Part shown: positions 22,260-33,200 of the stretch, in pieces
How positions within the stretch are numbered: position 1 is the stretch's first letter
Layout of the letters: each line of letters starts with the position of its first letter
IMG/VR virus record: IMGVR_UViG_3300032092_000040
Coordinates: 1 to 54,778 of that record
Length of the DNA stretch: 54,778 nucleotides
From: a virus
Lineage: Duplodnaviria; Caudoviricetes
Strand: one strand, 5' to 3'
Notes under the pieces: model-generated
Databases searched by the model: none
What the model was told of the DNA's origin: nothing
What the model saw: the letters and a program-made list of their open reading frames with translations, nothing else
Program-made: the position numbers and the translations under genes

Positions 22260-23765
22260 ATGGGCGTAAAGATTACAGGTGGAAACAGTTCGGTTGACTT
22301 GATGGATATAGATGCATATCACCAACTCAAGGTGGTGACACCACAGACTGGAATAAGTGCTGGATTTGCCAAATTGAGTACAGAAAAAGATGCGGGAAGC
22401 ATTCTTGGTTCGCGGAGTTTAAAAGGCTTTGATTCTTCTGATGATTATCGCGTTCGTGTGGGGTATGACCAAACTATCTTCAATGCAACATTTGAAGGAA
22501 CCACCCCGCTCACCACACAGTTCTATGCTTTTGCAACAACCACAGGCTCTGTACAGGCTAACGGAGTTCTCACAGTCAATTCTGCTGCGATTGCTGCGAT
22601 GATAACAAGCGGTGCTGCGGCTTATGTCAGAACATGGAGAACTTTTCCTACATTCGGAACCTATCCTCTCTATGTGGATATGTGGATTTCCGAAGGTGGT
22701 CCTCTAGCGGTGAATGCAATAAGCGAATGGGGATTGTTATATCTTATCAATCAAGCCACACAACAACCGCTTGATGGAATCTTTTTCAGACGCATTTCGG
22801 GTGGTCAACTGAAGGGCATCATCACAAGCAACACAATTGATATTACAGAAATAACATTAGACACACGCAATGTTCCTTCCCGAGATGGTTACGGCTCGTA
22901 TGAGCCAGAAGAAATGAACCACTACCTCATCACGGTTGACAACAATATTGTGAACTTCTGGATCAATGATGTACTCGTAGGAAGCATTCGGTGTCCATCA
23001 TCGCAGTCACAGTTTGCCAATGCGTCGAGTTTGCCTGTCGGATTCCGAGTGGTGAATATAGCAGTTCCATCGGCTGTTCGACAAATCAATGTGGGGTGTA
23101 TGAATGTTGGCTTTGGCGATCAGAACACAGATAAGCCTTGGTCAGATACAATGGTAGGAAGTGGTGCTGGAGCATACCAACTACAGATTGGAAACACGCC
23201 AGGACCAACGGTGACTCGCGCTTCTGCTTCCACGGGACACCCCGCAAGTGCAACCGCTCGTACCGCTGGTACATGGACTGCCACATCTGCTCCAGCATTG
23301 AACAACTTGGGTGGGTTGTGGACATCTCCTGCCATCTCCACTCTGGCATCTGATGCAGATTATCCAGTATTTGCATTTCAGAATCCAACAGCATTAGTTA
23401 CGCGACCAGGCAAAACTCTATACATCACGGGTGTTCGCATTGGAGATACTGTTCCATCAGTTGCAGCCTCAACCAACCCTATTTTCATATCATACATTGT
23501 CACTGTCGGCTCAAGTGCTGCCGCAACCAACACGGGAGATGCGGCAACAACTGTATCGGGAAAATCCATTGTAATCGGTGGTCATGGATTTTTGGCAACT
23601 GAAGCGGCTGGTAGTATGAAACCGGGATTTAGTATGTCATTTGAATCTCCGCTCATGGTTCCTACGGGTCACTTCATTAATTTGATAGTGCGTCCGTTTG
23701 GAACCGTGACTGGCAACACGATGGTGTTGCGCGGAAGCGTTTTTTTCAATGGATATTTTGAGTGA
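22260..23765 (+). CDS. probable virion structural protein, paralog 2
   Basis: Shares SDDYR.RVG.DQT.FN.TFEG, TFGTYP.YVDMWI, NNLGGLWTSPAISTL.SDADYPVFAFQNP and NGYFE with 20462..21958. Confidence 0.75.
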   Translation: MGVKITGGNSSVDLMDIDAYHQLKVVTPQTGISAGFAKLSTEKDAGSILGSRSLKGFDSSDDYRVRVGYDQTIFNATFEGTTPLTTQFYAFATTTGSVQANGVLTVNSAAIAAMITSGAAAYVRTWRTFPTFGTYPLYVDMWISEGGPLAVNAISEWGLLYLINQATQQPLDGIFFRRISGGQLKGIITSNTIDITEITLDTRNVPSRDGYGSYEPEEMNHYLITVDNNIVNFWINDVLVGSIRCPSSQSQFANASSLPVGFRVVNIAVPSAVRQINVGCMNVGFGDQNTDKPWSDTMVGSGAGAYQLQIGNTPGPTVTRASASTGHPASATARTAGTWTATSAPALNNLGGLWTSPAISTLASDADYPVFAFQNPTALVTRPGKTLYITGVRIGDTVPSVAASTNPIFISYIVTVGSSAAATNTGDAATTVSGKSIVIGGHGFLATEAAGSMKPGFSMSFESPLMVPTGHFINLIVRPFGTVTGNTMVLRGSVFFNGYFE

Positions 23766-23929
23766 CACAACACCACAAAAATCAAACACAATAAGCGTTT
23801 GAAGTATCCTAAAAACAATCTATAAAACAATATTTTAGTATGCTTGAATCCAAATAGATTCGGTGTACGATATCCATCGCTCGACGCTAAATAGACAGCA
23901 CAACAAAAACACAAGGAGTACAGTTTCAC

Positions 23930-25861
23930 ATGAGTTCTTTCCAAATGCTTCCTACCCCATATCAACACTTCATTTTCATCTCACGATATTCAAGATGGCT
24001 AGAAAAGGAGGGTAGGCGAGAGACATGGGAAGAGACTGTGGAACGCTACTTCAAGTTCTTTGATGAACACCTTGCGAACAATAGGAAATACAATCTTGAT
24101 CCTGCACTTCGTCAGGAACTCAAGACTGCTGTCCTCAACCTTGAGATCATGCCTTCCATGCGTTCTCTTATGACCGCAGGAGAGGCACTTAAGCGAGACA
24201 ATACCGCTGGCTACAACTGTTCATATGTTGCCATAAACCGTGTCCGTGCATTCGATGAAATTCTCTACATATTGATGTGCGGCACAGGCGTAGGCTTTTC
24301 TGTGGAGAGGCAATATGTCGAGAAACTTCCTACAATCGCTGAAGCATTCACTGATTCGGATACCACGATTGTGGTACAGGATTCGAAGGCGGGTTGGGCA
24401 AAGGCTTTCAGGGAACTCGTCTCTCTTCTTATTGGAGGTCAAGTACCCCAATGGGATTTGTCAAAGGTTCGCCCTGCGGGAGCAAGACTTAAAACTTTTG
24501 GAGGTCGTGCGAGCGGACCAAAGCCATTGGAAGATCTGTTTAGATTCACCGTTGACACCTTTAGACGAGCCTCAGGACGAAAACTTACTAGTATCGAATG
24601 CCATGATATCGTCTGTAAGATTGCGGAGATTGTCGTTGTCGGAGGAGTCCGACGTTCTGCTCTCATCTCCCTTTCAAATCTCACAGATGAGCGAATGAGG
24701 GATGCAAAGACAGGTGCATGGTGGAATGATAATCCACAACGCGCACTTGCAAACAACTCAGTTGCATACAAGGAGAAGCCAGAGATCGGCGTGTTCATGG
24801 ACGAGTGGGTTTCACTCTACAAGTCCAAGAGCGGAGAGCGCGGAATCTTCAATCGTGCAGCAGCACAGAAGACTGTGGCAAAGTTGGGTGATCGCCGCGA
24901 TCCGAACTATGAGTTTGGAACGAATCCATGCAGTGAAATCATTCTTCGTGATTGCGAATTCTGCAACCTCACTGAAGTTGTTGTTCGTCCCGAAGACACG
25001 CTTGAGTCATTGCGTCGCAAGGTCGAACTTGCATCTATTCTTGGAACATGGCAAGCATCGCTCACCCATTTCCCATATCTTTCATCATCATGGCAGAAGA
25101 ACTGCGAGGAAGAGGCACTCCTTGGTGTGTCGCTCACAGGCATTCTCGACAACAAGATGATGCGTGGCGAAGAAGGTTCCTTGGAAAACATTCTCACAAC
25201 ATTGCGGAATCAAGCACAAGAGACAAACAAGACATGGGCAGCAAACATTGGAATCAATCCTGCTGCGGCAATCACTTGTGTCAAGCCAAGTGGAACTGTT
25301 TCGCAGTTGACCGATTCGGCATCAGGTATTCATCCTCGTCACAGTGAGTACTACATTCGTACTGTTCGTGCGGATCGCAAGGATCCACTATGTCAGATGA
25401 TGATCGACATGGGATTCCCCGCAGAGCCTTGCGTGATGAAGCCAGACCACACAATGGTCTTCTCGTTCCCGATGAAGGCAGAGGGTTCTATCACCCGCAA
25501 TGATCTTACTGCAATTCAACATCTTCAGTTGTGGCTTGAGTATCAGCGTCACTGGTGTGAACACAAGCCATCGATCACCATCACCGTGCGTGAGCATGAG
25601 TGGATGGATGTTGGGGCATTCGTGTATAAGCACTTCGATGAGATCAGTGGCATTTCCTTCTTACCGCACTCTGACCACAACTATAGACAAGCCCCCTACC
25701 AAGACTGCACCAAGATTGCATATACTGCTTTGCTTGTAGAAATGCCTAAAAATGTAGATTGGTCACTGCTGAAGAATTATGAAAAGACCGACACTACAGC
25801 AAGTTCGCAGACCTTTGCTTGCTCTGGTGACAAGTGTGAAATTGTTGATCTTACCACTTGA
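23930..25861 (+). CDS. nrdJ: class II (adenosylcobalamin-dependent) ribonucleotide reductase
   Basis: MPSMR, YNCSY, GTGVGFS, VVVGGVRRSA, TNPCSEI, CNLTEV, TCVKPSGT, C-terminal CSGDKC; RBS AAGGAG; no beta subunit gene adjacent. Confidence 0.93.
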   Translation: MSSFQMLPTPYQHFIFISRYSRWLEKEGRRETWEETVERYFKFFDEHLANNRKYNLDPALRQELKTAVLNLEIMPSMRSLMTAGEALKRDNTAGYNCSYVAINRVRAFDEILYILMCGTGVGFSVERQYVEKLPTIAEAFTDSDTTIVVQDSKAGWAKAFRELVSLLIGGQVPQWDLSKVRPAGARLKTFGGRASGPKPLEDLFRFTVDTFRRASGRKLTSIECHDIVCKIAEIVVVGGVRRSALISLSNLTDERMRDAKTGAWWNDNPQRALANNSVAYKEKPEIGVFMDEWVSLYKSKSGERGIFNRAAAQKTVAKLGDRRDPNYEFGTNPCSEIILRDCEFCNLTEVVVRPEDTLESLRRKVELASILGTWQASLTHFPYLSSSWQKNCEEEALLGVSLTGILDNKMMRGEEGSLENILTTLRNQAQETNKTWAANIGINPAAAITCVKPSGTVSQLTDSASGIHPRHSEYYIRTVRADRKDPLCQMMIDMGFPAEPCVMKPDHTMVFSFPMKAEGSITRNDLTAIQHLQLWLEYQRHWCEHKPSITITVREHEWMDVGAFVYKHFDEISGISFLPHSDHNYRQAPYQDCTKIAYTALLVEMPKNVDWSLLKNYEKTDTTASSQTFACSGDKCEIVDLTT

Positions 25862-25884
25862 CATTGACATAAGTATGATACAAT
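25858..25884 (+). promoter_or_regulatory. sigma70-like promoter of the PEP-CTERM-like gene
   Basis: Tandem TTGACA (25858, 25864) and extended -10 TGnTACAAT (25876-25884). Confidence 0.6.
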
Positions 25885-25935
25885 GTTCATATCAGACACC
25901 ATGGTGGTGACTGTGATATCTAAAAAGGAGACAGA

Positions 25936-26601
25936 ATGAGAAACTTTATCGTTGGTTTGGTTGCAGCCGTGTCGTGTGGCTCAGTAGCAAATGCAGATTT
26001 CATTGTAGTAAACAATCCAGTTGTTGACACGGTTGGCTTCTACTCCGATGCATATGATTCAAAGGGTGCATACACTTATGCACAAAGTGGAGCGCAAGGT
26101 TTTGATCTTGAGGATTCGTACACAACTTCTTCATTGAAGTGGTGGGGTTCATCCAACGGATTCAATGATCAAGGTATTGAGAACTTTAGCGGATTTCAAG
26201 TTGTTGTGTGGAATTCTGATTTTAGTGGTCAGGCATTTACCACTAACATCGATATCAACAGTATCTCTGTTGTTGATACTGGCGAATTCAACTTCTTTGG
26301 TCAGCCAGTTTATGAATTCTATGTGCCATTTGTTGCACAACTCGCCGCTGGTTCATACTATATGAACATTGGTGCGATTCTCAATGATGCAGCGGGAGAT
26401 CAGTTTGTTTGGTCACAAGGTCAGAATGTTCAAGACTTCTGGTTCACCGATGATAATGGACAGTATAATTGGGGAGATTGGCGACAACTTCCTACATTCA
26501 TTGGCAACACAGCGGGTGGAGCATTTGTGCTTTCTGCTCCTGCTCCTGGAGCAATTGCTCTTCTTGGCATGGCTGGCTTGATTGGTCGCCGTCGCCGCTA
26601 A
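25936..26601 (+). CDS. secreted protein with PEP-CTERM-like (PAPG) exosortase sorting signal
   Basis: Signal peptide MRNFIVGLVAAVSCGSVANA; C-terminus PAPGAIALLGMAGLIGRRRR (motif, TM helix, Arg cluster); RBS AAGGAG. Confidence 0.88.
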   Translation: MRNFIVGLVAAVSCGSVANADFIVVNNPVVDTVGFYSDAYDSKGAYTYAQSGAQGFDLEDSYTTSSLKWWGSSNGFNDQGIENFSGFQVVVWNSDFSGQAFTTNIDINSISVVDTGEFNFFGQPVYEFYVPFVAQLAAGSYYMNIGAILNDAAGDQFVWSQGQNVQDFWFTDDNGQYNWGDWRQLPTFIGNTAGGAFVLSAPAPGAIALLGMAGLIGRRRR

Positions 26602-26641
26602 ATACATTTAGTACCCCGCTTGAGATAGCATCTCTTGCCCG

Positions 26642-26670
26642 ACAACCCCCGAAAGGGGGTTGTTTCTTTT
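26642..26670 (+). terminator. intrinsic terminator
   Basis: ACAACCCCC-GAAA-GGGGGTTGT followed by TTCTTTT. Confidence 0.9.
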
Positions 26671-26699
26671 AGATGGCATTAAATGTAAAAAATCATTAT

Positions 26700-26707
26700 T
26701 ATAAATA
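26700..26707 (+). promoter_or_regulatory. T4-type late promoter
   Basis: Perfect TATAAATA upstream of RBS AAGGAG and ATG 26751. Confidence 0.75.
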
Positions 26708-26750
26708 ACTTTTGACTATACCGGTATAATCAAACCAAGGAGAAATAAAG

Positions 26751-28607
26751 ATGGCAACTTATCGATGGGTTGGATCTGGAAATACTGGATCTACTTCAGC
26801 AAATATATTCAATTGGAATCATGCATCAAACTGGCGAATAAAAACTCAAATTACCCCCAATACATTTCTGTGGACCGGTACAACATTATGTCCCGGTTCT
26901 GTTGATAGAGTATTTTTCGGCTATAGTGATGGACTACTACCGGGAAATACAGCGTATATCGAAAAGGTAAAATCTCCATGTTTATTTGGCGGATTTATTG
27001 GAAATGCTGCCGGTGGCACATGGACCAATTCAGCAAATCCAACGGGAACCACGCTCAACAGTTCACTATACGAAATCGTTTTCTCAAATCAGGGAAATGT
27101 GAACGCGGCTGACGATAATTTTATTCATCTATACTCAGAAACCGAATATAATTTCGATGAAATGCCTTTTGGTGGTGGTCTAACAGCATCGATATCTTGC
27201 ATCGAAAATCTTCAGTGGATTAAGAAATATTATCCAAATATGGGTGTTGATGTTTCTTTCACTGGTGGAAGTTTTACAGCAACAATTCCTACTGGATACA
27301 ACTCGACTTGGGACAAACTAACCCTTAAATCATTGGTAAATAATTACTACAATTGGGGTTATAGCAATAAAGTTGGAACCATCAATGTTAAGTATGTTCC
27401 CAGTTATTCAACATTCGGTGCGTCTGGTGAGATTGCAGCGTTCAATACTTTAACTGTATCCTCGCAAAAGGATGTATACATTTCTGGTGGAGCATTTCAT
27501 TCAATTACAACATATAAGCATTTGGATGGTCCATCAGGCTTGCAAGCACCAGGCAATAATCAATATCCTAGATATCCATCATTCACATTTGATGATTTAA
27601 CTGTCGAGACATTTGACCTCAATGGTTGGGGTAAGAATCTTTTGACCAGTACCGTAAGATTTGCTGATCTTATTATAAACAATGAAGAAACAGCAAAGAA
27701 CTGGACACCACTAGGACTTCAAAATAATGGAAAGGGATATACTGTAAAAAGTCCTCCAATTACTCATGTTCTTGGTAGCGGATCTATAACATCGGTTCTA
27801 TCTTCCATTTATCCAGGAAATACTGGCAATATCAATAATAGAAAATCAACTATTGTTTTTAAACGAGATCATGCGCCGATGTATGATACGAGCAAGGCTG
27901 GGGCAACTTATGCTGATCGTTCTGTAAAGCATTGGAATGAACTAAGCCTTGCACATGAGCAGTTGTATTGGGCCAATCAACAAGAATTTTCTGTTCCATA
28001 CTTTACCACAATACAAGGATTGCTTGGACAGTTTGTTACACCATTGTTAAATCCCGGTGTATCTGATCCTATAAGTGGATCTGCGCTGAATCCCTATACA
28101 ACACAACTTCTTCTTGGAGAAATTCAAGGAACCACATCAGTCGATGTTGGTCAAATCATAATGAAGAATCGTGTGGATAAATCGGACTATCATGTATGTG
28201 TGCTAAAGATGGAAGGTCTAGTCAATGTAAATGAAGTATATCTTGGAAATTACACTATGATGGAATGCGTTGATAGAGGCGCACCATCATCTGGTTCCAA
28301 AATTAATATTGGTGAACTACGGCTTGCACCACTATCCACATTGAATCTTCGGGGTTCACGGGACTTCTATAATTTTGGGTCAAGAGGAGCAACTGGTGTT
28401 TCTGGTGGAATCATGGCAGCACAGCCAGGAGATTATATCGATGAGGGAAATCACCTATCAAATCCTGTTGGGAAAATAGTGTATCCACAGAACGGAAGTA
28501 TAAGACTGTTCAATGTGAACACAGCCAAGGCTGGTTCGATTCAAATATCATCATCATTGGCTGTTTCTGAAGTTGCTCAGATAGCAAATACCAATAAGAA
28601 GGGATAA
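26751..28607 (+). CDS. probable virion or adhesin-like protein
   Basis: N-terminal YRWVG...WNHASNW...P..VDRVFF motif of extracellular beta-rich proteins; Gly/Asn/Thr-rich; own late promoter and terminator. Confidence 0.65.
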   Translation: MATYRWVGSGNTGSTSANIFNWNHASNWRIKTQITPNTFLWTGTTLCPGSVDRVFFGYSDGLLPGNTAYIEKVKSPCLFGGFIGNAAGGTWTNSANPTGTTLNSSLYEIVFSNQGNVNAADDNFIHLYSETEYNFDEMPFGGGLTASISCIENLQWIKKYYPNMGVDVSFTGGSFTATIPTGYNSTWDKLTLKSLVNNYYNWGYSNKVGTINVKYVPSYSTFGASGEIAAFNTLTVSSQKDVYISGGAFHSITTYKHLDGPSGLQAPGNNQYPRYPSFTFDDLTVETFDLNGWGKNLLTSTVRFADLIINNEETAKNWTPLGLQNNGKGYTVKSPPITHVLGSGSITSVLSSIYPGNTGNINNRKSTIVFKRDHAPMYDTSKAGATYADRSVKHWNELSLAHEQLYWANQQEFSVPYFTTIQGLLGQFVTPLLNPGVSDPISGSALNPYTTQLLLGEIQGTTSVDVGQIIMKNRVDKSDYHVCVLKMEGLVNVNEVYLGNYTMMECVDRGAPSSGSKINIGELRLAPLSTLNLRGSRDFYNFGSRGATGVSGGIMAAQPGDYIDEGNHLSNPVGKIVYPQNGSIRLFNVNTAKAGSIQISSSLAVSEVAQIANTNKKG

Positions 28608-28632
28608 AATCCCAACAACATCTCAAACAACG

Positions 28633-28666
28633 AACAACCCCCGATCTCTCGGGGGTTGTTTCTTTT
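28633..28666 (+). terminator. intrinsic terminator
   Basis: AACAACCCCCGA-TCTC-TCGGGGGTTGTT then TCTTTT. Confidence 0.88.
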
Positions 28667-28710
28667 CATAAATACTGTCGAGTGGGTTATGATTTGACAC
28701 CCACATGTGC

Positions 28711-28740
28711 AAACCCCCCGCTCTTCACACGGGGGGTTTT
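28711..28740. terminator. probable bidirectional intrinsic terminator
   Basis: AAACCCCCCG-loop-CGGGGGGTTTT, 3 nt beyond the stop of the minus-strand giant gene. Confidence 0.8.
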
Positions 28741-28743
28741 GCT

Positions 28744-30215
28744 TTAAACTGGTATTCTATACTTGATATGAAGTATAGGAAGATGCGAGACATTTTCTAT
28801 CTTTATATTACTACCCTGTTCTTCAGGCACTATTGCTCGACTTAACTCAAGGTATTGGTATTCAGTAGATCCGTTTGTTTTGGTGTTTGAAGCCGTATCG
28901 CCTTCAATACCATCTGCAACCGAAAGAACCTGATAGATTCCATTATTGGATGTGGAGTTACTAATCCTTATATAAGAACCAGCAGTGATGCCTATGTTTG
29001 GTGTAGCACCAAACAATCTTGTTCCGCCAACAGGTACTTTGTATGCAAGAAGATTTTTAGTACCAACTGAAACAGGATTTAAGAATCTGAAATTGATTGT
29101 TGCTGGTGGTAACACAGTTCCATCTAGATCAATTCCCGATGGTGGTATGGTGTAGTGTGGTGTTGTTTGGTCAACTAGATTTCGTTGATATGCCTGATTA
29201 AATGATCCTATTGAACCATTATGTTCATATCTCGGTGATGTCGAATCAAAAATGGAACTAGTTCCACTTACAGCAATACCTTGAAGAACAATCTTGTTTC
29301 CATTTTCTATCAAACCTACAAACTTTCTTGTCTTATTTGTGCATGTGATTATGTTTGGATTTGTACCAGACGCATTTGATTTGGTTGCACTTGTAAACTC
29401 GCTGTATGAATTTATGCTACAAGTTATACCCAAGGGCAGTGCTTGTAGTTTACTAATCTTTTCTGCTACTGTGGGTATCCCTGTGACCAGATCAACGTAA
29501 GAAAGACCTGTAGCACCATTCGATAATGAAAGCCCATCCATTTCTGTTTGAGCAAAATTGATATAAACATGATGAGGTGATTTGCGGAATGAGATCTGAT
29601 TACTTGGAGTTAGTTGTGAAGTTATTGGTGATTCTTTGCTATTGAATGCAATGTATGCAAACTCTTTATAGAAATTTTCATAATGCTGCCCCTCAACGTT
29701 GACATTTGACGGAAAATCTGCATTTATCCATTCTTGTTGAGTCATGGATTGTGGTGCAACATACTTGTACTCACCCAAAAATGCGTTTGGTATAGTCTTG
29801 CCGTGCATGATCACGGCAAAGGTATTTCCATTAGCAGTTCGGACTGATGTTTGAAACTTTGTTGCAAGGTTCTTTACGTCAATTGAATTTACAGCACCGA
29901 TAGTTGTATTCAATGTTATATCAACTGTTCCGCCTGTAACATAAACACCACCCTGATTTAGCGTTGTTGTACTATTTCCAGATGTTTCATTGCTTCTACT
30001 AGGACCAATACTCGGATCATCCGCTGGGTCTGTAATATCTTGAATTCTTTCTAAGTAGTTTGGTATCTGAAGAACCGAAGAGTAGAAAGAATCTTTTCCG
30101 TGTGTTACCCCATTGAACGTATCTTTGCTTGCCCAACTAATATCCTTTTTGATATCGGTTGTGGTAAGACTTATGGTGATAGGGTGGTTAGAGATCGGTG
30201 TTGGATTTGTTATGT
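28744..30215 (-). repeat. conserved C-terminal module, copy A
   Basis: NHPITISLTTTDIKKD...ENVSHLPILHIKYRIP, highly similar at DNA level to 33945-35405 and 38675-40130. Confidence 0.92.
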
Positions 30216-33200
30216 CTCCACCACCACCTTCCTCTTCTCCCTGCAACAAGGGAAGTGTTTCTGGAGTTAGAACTTCACCAAACTCAGATCTGCTTGCATC
30301 ATAATCGAAGTTAGTATATGAGAATACTACAGTTTCTCTAAATCCTCTTTGATTTGGATTGTAACCAGGATCTGTAGGTTGTGGATTTAGTTTTCCTGTT
30401 CCTAAAGTTGGATCCCAACCAGTTCCAAGAGCGACCTTAGAATCAAAAATTGTTTTTGGCGTTCCCGCAGTCTCCCCTTCTGCAAAATAGAAGAACATGA
30501 ATGGGTTTTCTGCCTGTCTATCAGCATTGTTTATGAGGGAACTGGGTCTGGTGCCATTTGGGTGTGGCAATCTACCATAGCGGAAATTTTCGTGGGGTAC
30601 ATTAGAATAAATCCACCCATAAGGAGCATCGCCGTTTGTTGTGTTTGCGGGAATAGTTTTGTGGAAAGTAAACCATTCGCCTCTTGTGCTACTATTTGGA
30701 TTTAATGTTCTTCGGCTTATTCCTGATGGTTGTGTTGCCAAGAAAGAAAGCATTGCATTCCGATATCTGCTAGAAAACACGGGGAACCCTATTTTTGATG
30801 TTGGTCCTACAATTTGATTTGGACCAGCATTACCATTTGCGTCTCTCTCAAAGGGATATCGTAAATCAGAAATTATAGTGCGTAATTCTTTGAGGTTGCG
30901 TGGATTCCCGTATAAGGGATGTCCAATTGGGCGTATTCTGGTTTTACCACGAATACCAGTTTTAACTGAGTTGGTGCCGCCATCATCTATCCACACAAAG
31001 AAGTCTAATGGTTCAATATATGTTCCAATTCGCGCATCTTTACCCGTGGCAGGATTTATATCAACTTTAGTTTTATACTGTTGAACATTGTCAACTAAAG
31101 CATGATCAAATGCCGCTACCTCTGTTTCTAGCGCAGTATTGTTGGTAGAATTTATAGTTGAATGGTTTGGAACAGCACTTATGTATCTAGTTACATGCCC
31201 ACCAAACGCAGGAGATGGGCTGCTGATGTTATAATCGATTCCATTTGCAAAATTACTATTATTGAAATTTTCAGTTCCGTGCATGTATGTGTTTCGCACA
31301 ATCAGATTTTCATGTAAACATGTAAAATCAAGTTGTTGTGTGGCTGTTTCTGTAAAGATTAAGCAATCTTCAAATGTGAGATCTTTTACATGTCTTGTGA
31401 TATAGTGTTGATATGTTTTACCATCAGCACAAGATCCGGGCCAATTTTTGCTGGGATCGTAGAAAAACAAAGGTATATTTCCATCAGATCTACCAGAAAT
31501 ATTCCACTGTGATGTAAACACGATATCTTTTAGTGGTCCAGACCCACCAAGTCCAAGTCTTGCGTTGATATCGGAATATCTCTTACTTCGTGGACTTGGA
31601 TTGTTAAATCTATAGAAAATAAAATTCTGAACTCCAATATGATCTTTTACAAAACTCAATGCTCCTTGCACCGTTTGGAAAATGTCTGAATGTACAGCAA
31701 ATAAAGGCGCACTGGTGGTGTTGACATAATTTCTAGAGACAAAGCAATCATATATCAATGGTTGGTATACTAGACTGCTTGGATATCTAAACACATCGGC
31801 TTCATATCTACTCAAATTACTATTGATAAATGAATCAATATCAATATCCGCTGGTTGTTCTATCACACTCAGTGTGCTATCCGTCACAAAAGAAGTTATT
31901 ACCTGATTTGTGGTCATGTTTCCTCTACTGTTAGCAAACTCAGGGTGTGCCCAGCAAAAGTCAAACGTATATCCAGCATTGGTTAGTGTGAACCCAAGAT
32001 TATTTGTGAGTTCCAAAGTTCTTTGTGTCGGTTGTATAAAAATTCTTGGGGTGGTGAGCGTAAGACCACCGCTATTTGGGTCATCAATTGGTATTTCTAG
32101 GCTAGCAACAGGTCTAAAATTATTACCCGCTAAAACATCTATAGAAGAATTCAACCCCTTTTTAATATTAGAGGGCCAGACTGCTCCAAGTATATCTTGT
32201 TCTCCTTTAATATCTGGCGCACCAACATAAGAAATATTATACGTCATACCAAGACTATCTGCCCACTTGATGAGTTCCTTAGTATCTCGTACAGTTCCAT
32301 CAACTGCTGTATCATCTATCCACAATCTTGGACTTACAATAGGTCCGCAATTGGCTTTTGCTGTTGTATTTGTGTATTCATAGGTATTAGCATTTACCGA
32401 TGATGTTCCAAGTACAGGATGATTTTGCCTTTCTTCTGGAATATTGGAAGTAATATTTTTACCCAAAACACCCTTTTTTACTTTCCATCTACTAAGTCTA
32501 ACTAATGTTTGTCCGTTACCGGGATCGGGGGGGTTTAGTCCTTCAAGTTCTGGACCAATGCCAAATATATACTCGCTATAGGGCCAGTCCCCCTCAATGT
32601 AGCAATTCTTATATCTCATTAAGTGAGTTGCAATATTACCTCTAAATGCTTTCTTTATAGGGTGATCACTCAGCGCATCATCTGTTGTTGGTCTTGTATT
32701 AAAATTTTGAAGATGGTAGCCTCTTAGTTTGGCTTTATATTTTGCAGCAGAAGTTCCTATGAAACCGCTTGGGTCTGTGATAGGTTCATTTTGAATTTCG
32801 GGATCCGTGGTGATTATTACCCAACGCATTTTAGAGAAAACTTTATACTCAATTGCATTGGAATCCTTGAATCCCATCTTATGACCAAGTGCTTTACTTT
32901 CAGGAGTTGTTAATTCCATCAGAAAAATCGTCCCGCCGCCAACCTCTCCCTCATTATCAATTGCAACTTCATTCGCTAGAGTATTACAAAATGCGTGCTT
33001 AAGACGCATAAGTTTTCTATAGGCAAAGTCAATAGACTTCATTGGCTGAGTTTTGGAACCAGAGCGAGTTAAATCGTCAACTCCAGTCTCGGCATTTACA
33101 TATACAGATCCAGTAAACAAAGAATTGTTAAAATTGCTAGAAAAATAGAATGAACGAATGCCGCTATCGTTTCTTCTTATAATTTTCATCTGTTCGGGGG

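Noticed and set aside
23766-23929. Cobalamin riboswitch upstream of nrdJ
   Set aside because: AT-rich spacer with no recognisable B12-box or conserved core
26712-26730. TTGACT...TATAAT as a sigma70 promoter
   Set aside because: The spacer is only about 7 bp; the adjacent TATAAATA explains expression better
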